DNA of 64,000 nucleotides, from contig OZ024749.1 in the NCBI GenBank assembly GCA_964016885.1, positions 25,978,001 to 26,042,000 of the forward strand, written 5' to 3'. Position 1 is the first letter of the stretch; every line of letters begins with the position of its first letter. Shown piece after piece: positions 63,401 to 64,000 of this stretch. The position numbers were made by a program, and so were the translations under genes. The stretch comes from Eledone cirrhosa (Eukaryota). A model generated the notes under the pieces. It had not been told where the DNA came from. It searched no databases and worked only from the letters and a program-made list of their open reading frames with translations.

Positions 63401-64000
63401 TAACACCACCATCATCACCATCAATAGAACCAACACCATCACCACCATCAGTGTTAACACTAAGACCACCATCATCACCATCAATAGAACCAACACCATC
63501 ACCACCATCAGTGTTAACACTAAGACCACCATCATCACCATCATTAGAACCAACACCATCACCACCATCAGTGTTAACACTAAGCCCACCATCATCACCA
63601 TCAATAGAACCAACACCATCACCACCATCACTGTTAACACTAACACCACCATCATCACCATCATTAGAACCAACACCATCACCACCATCAGTGTTAACAC
63701 TAAGACCACCATCATCACCATCAATAGAACCAACACCATCACCACCATCACTGTTAACACCAACACCACCATCATCACCATCATTAGAACCAACACCATC
63801 ACCACCACCAGTGTTAACACTAAGACTACCATCATCACCATCAATAGAACCAACACCATCACCACCATCAGTGTTAACACTAACACCACCATCATCACCA
63901 TCATTAGAACCAACACCATCACCACCATCACTGTTAACACTAACACCACCATCATCACCATCAATAGAACCAACACCATCACCACCATCAGTGTTAACAC
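57438..64000. repeat. 60-bp minisatellite/satellite ACCATCATCACCATCAATAGAACCAACACCATCACCACCATCAGTGTTAACACTAAGACC (about 110 copies, runs off window)
   Basis: Exact 60-bp periodicity, occasional 33-bp short units, internal palindrome AGTGTTAACACT. Confidence 0.97.

Noticed and set aside
57215-64000. Extensin/mucin-like PS-rich ORF and CRISPR-like periodicity
   Set aside because: A pure tandem repeat with no unique spacers and no cas genes; frames are broken by 1-bp slips

Overview
Repeat-dominated eukaryotic intergenic DNA with no credible host gene. The TA-microsatellite load and SINE/LINE types suggest an animal, probably a cephalopod such as Octopus (inference). Two long triplet-based satellite arrays bracket the window (about 1.8-12.8 kb and 57.4-64 kb). 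Between them, (TA)n-derived microsatellites host many retroelements. The largest is a near-perfect 5.9-kb palindrome of a 5'-truncated Penelope-like element (RT GLYRDD motif plus C-terminal GIY-YIG; Naiad-type), with a hammerhead-ribozyme-like fold at each outer end. There are eight hammerhead-like folds in total and two broken ones. Most lie in short non-coding elements, some of which share downstream motifs with the Penelope-like element and some of which are themselves fold-back palindromes. Also present: a near full-length CR1-group LINE whose ORF2 appears reachable by a U_UUU_UUA -1 frameshift, a bipartite RTE derivative, a twin-primed RTE fragment and tRNA-derived SINEs. A ~5.7-kb tandem duplication preserves the pre-insertion (empty) site for both the Penelope palindrome and the LINE. 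Nearly all long ORFs in the track (YI-, VI-, TT-, PS-rich) are translations of simple repeats.
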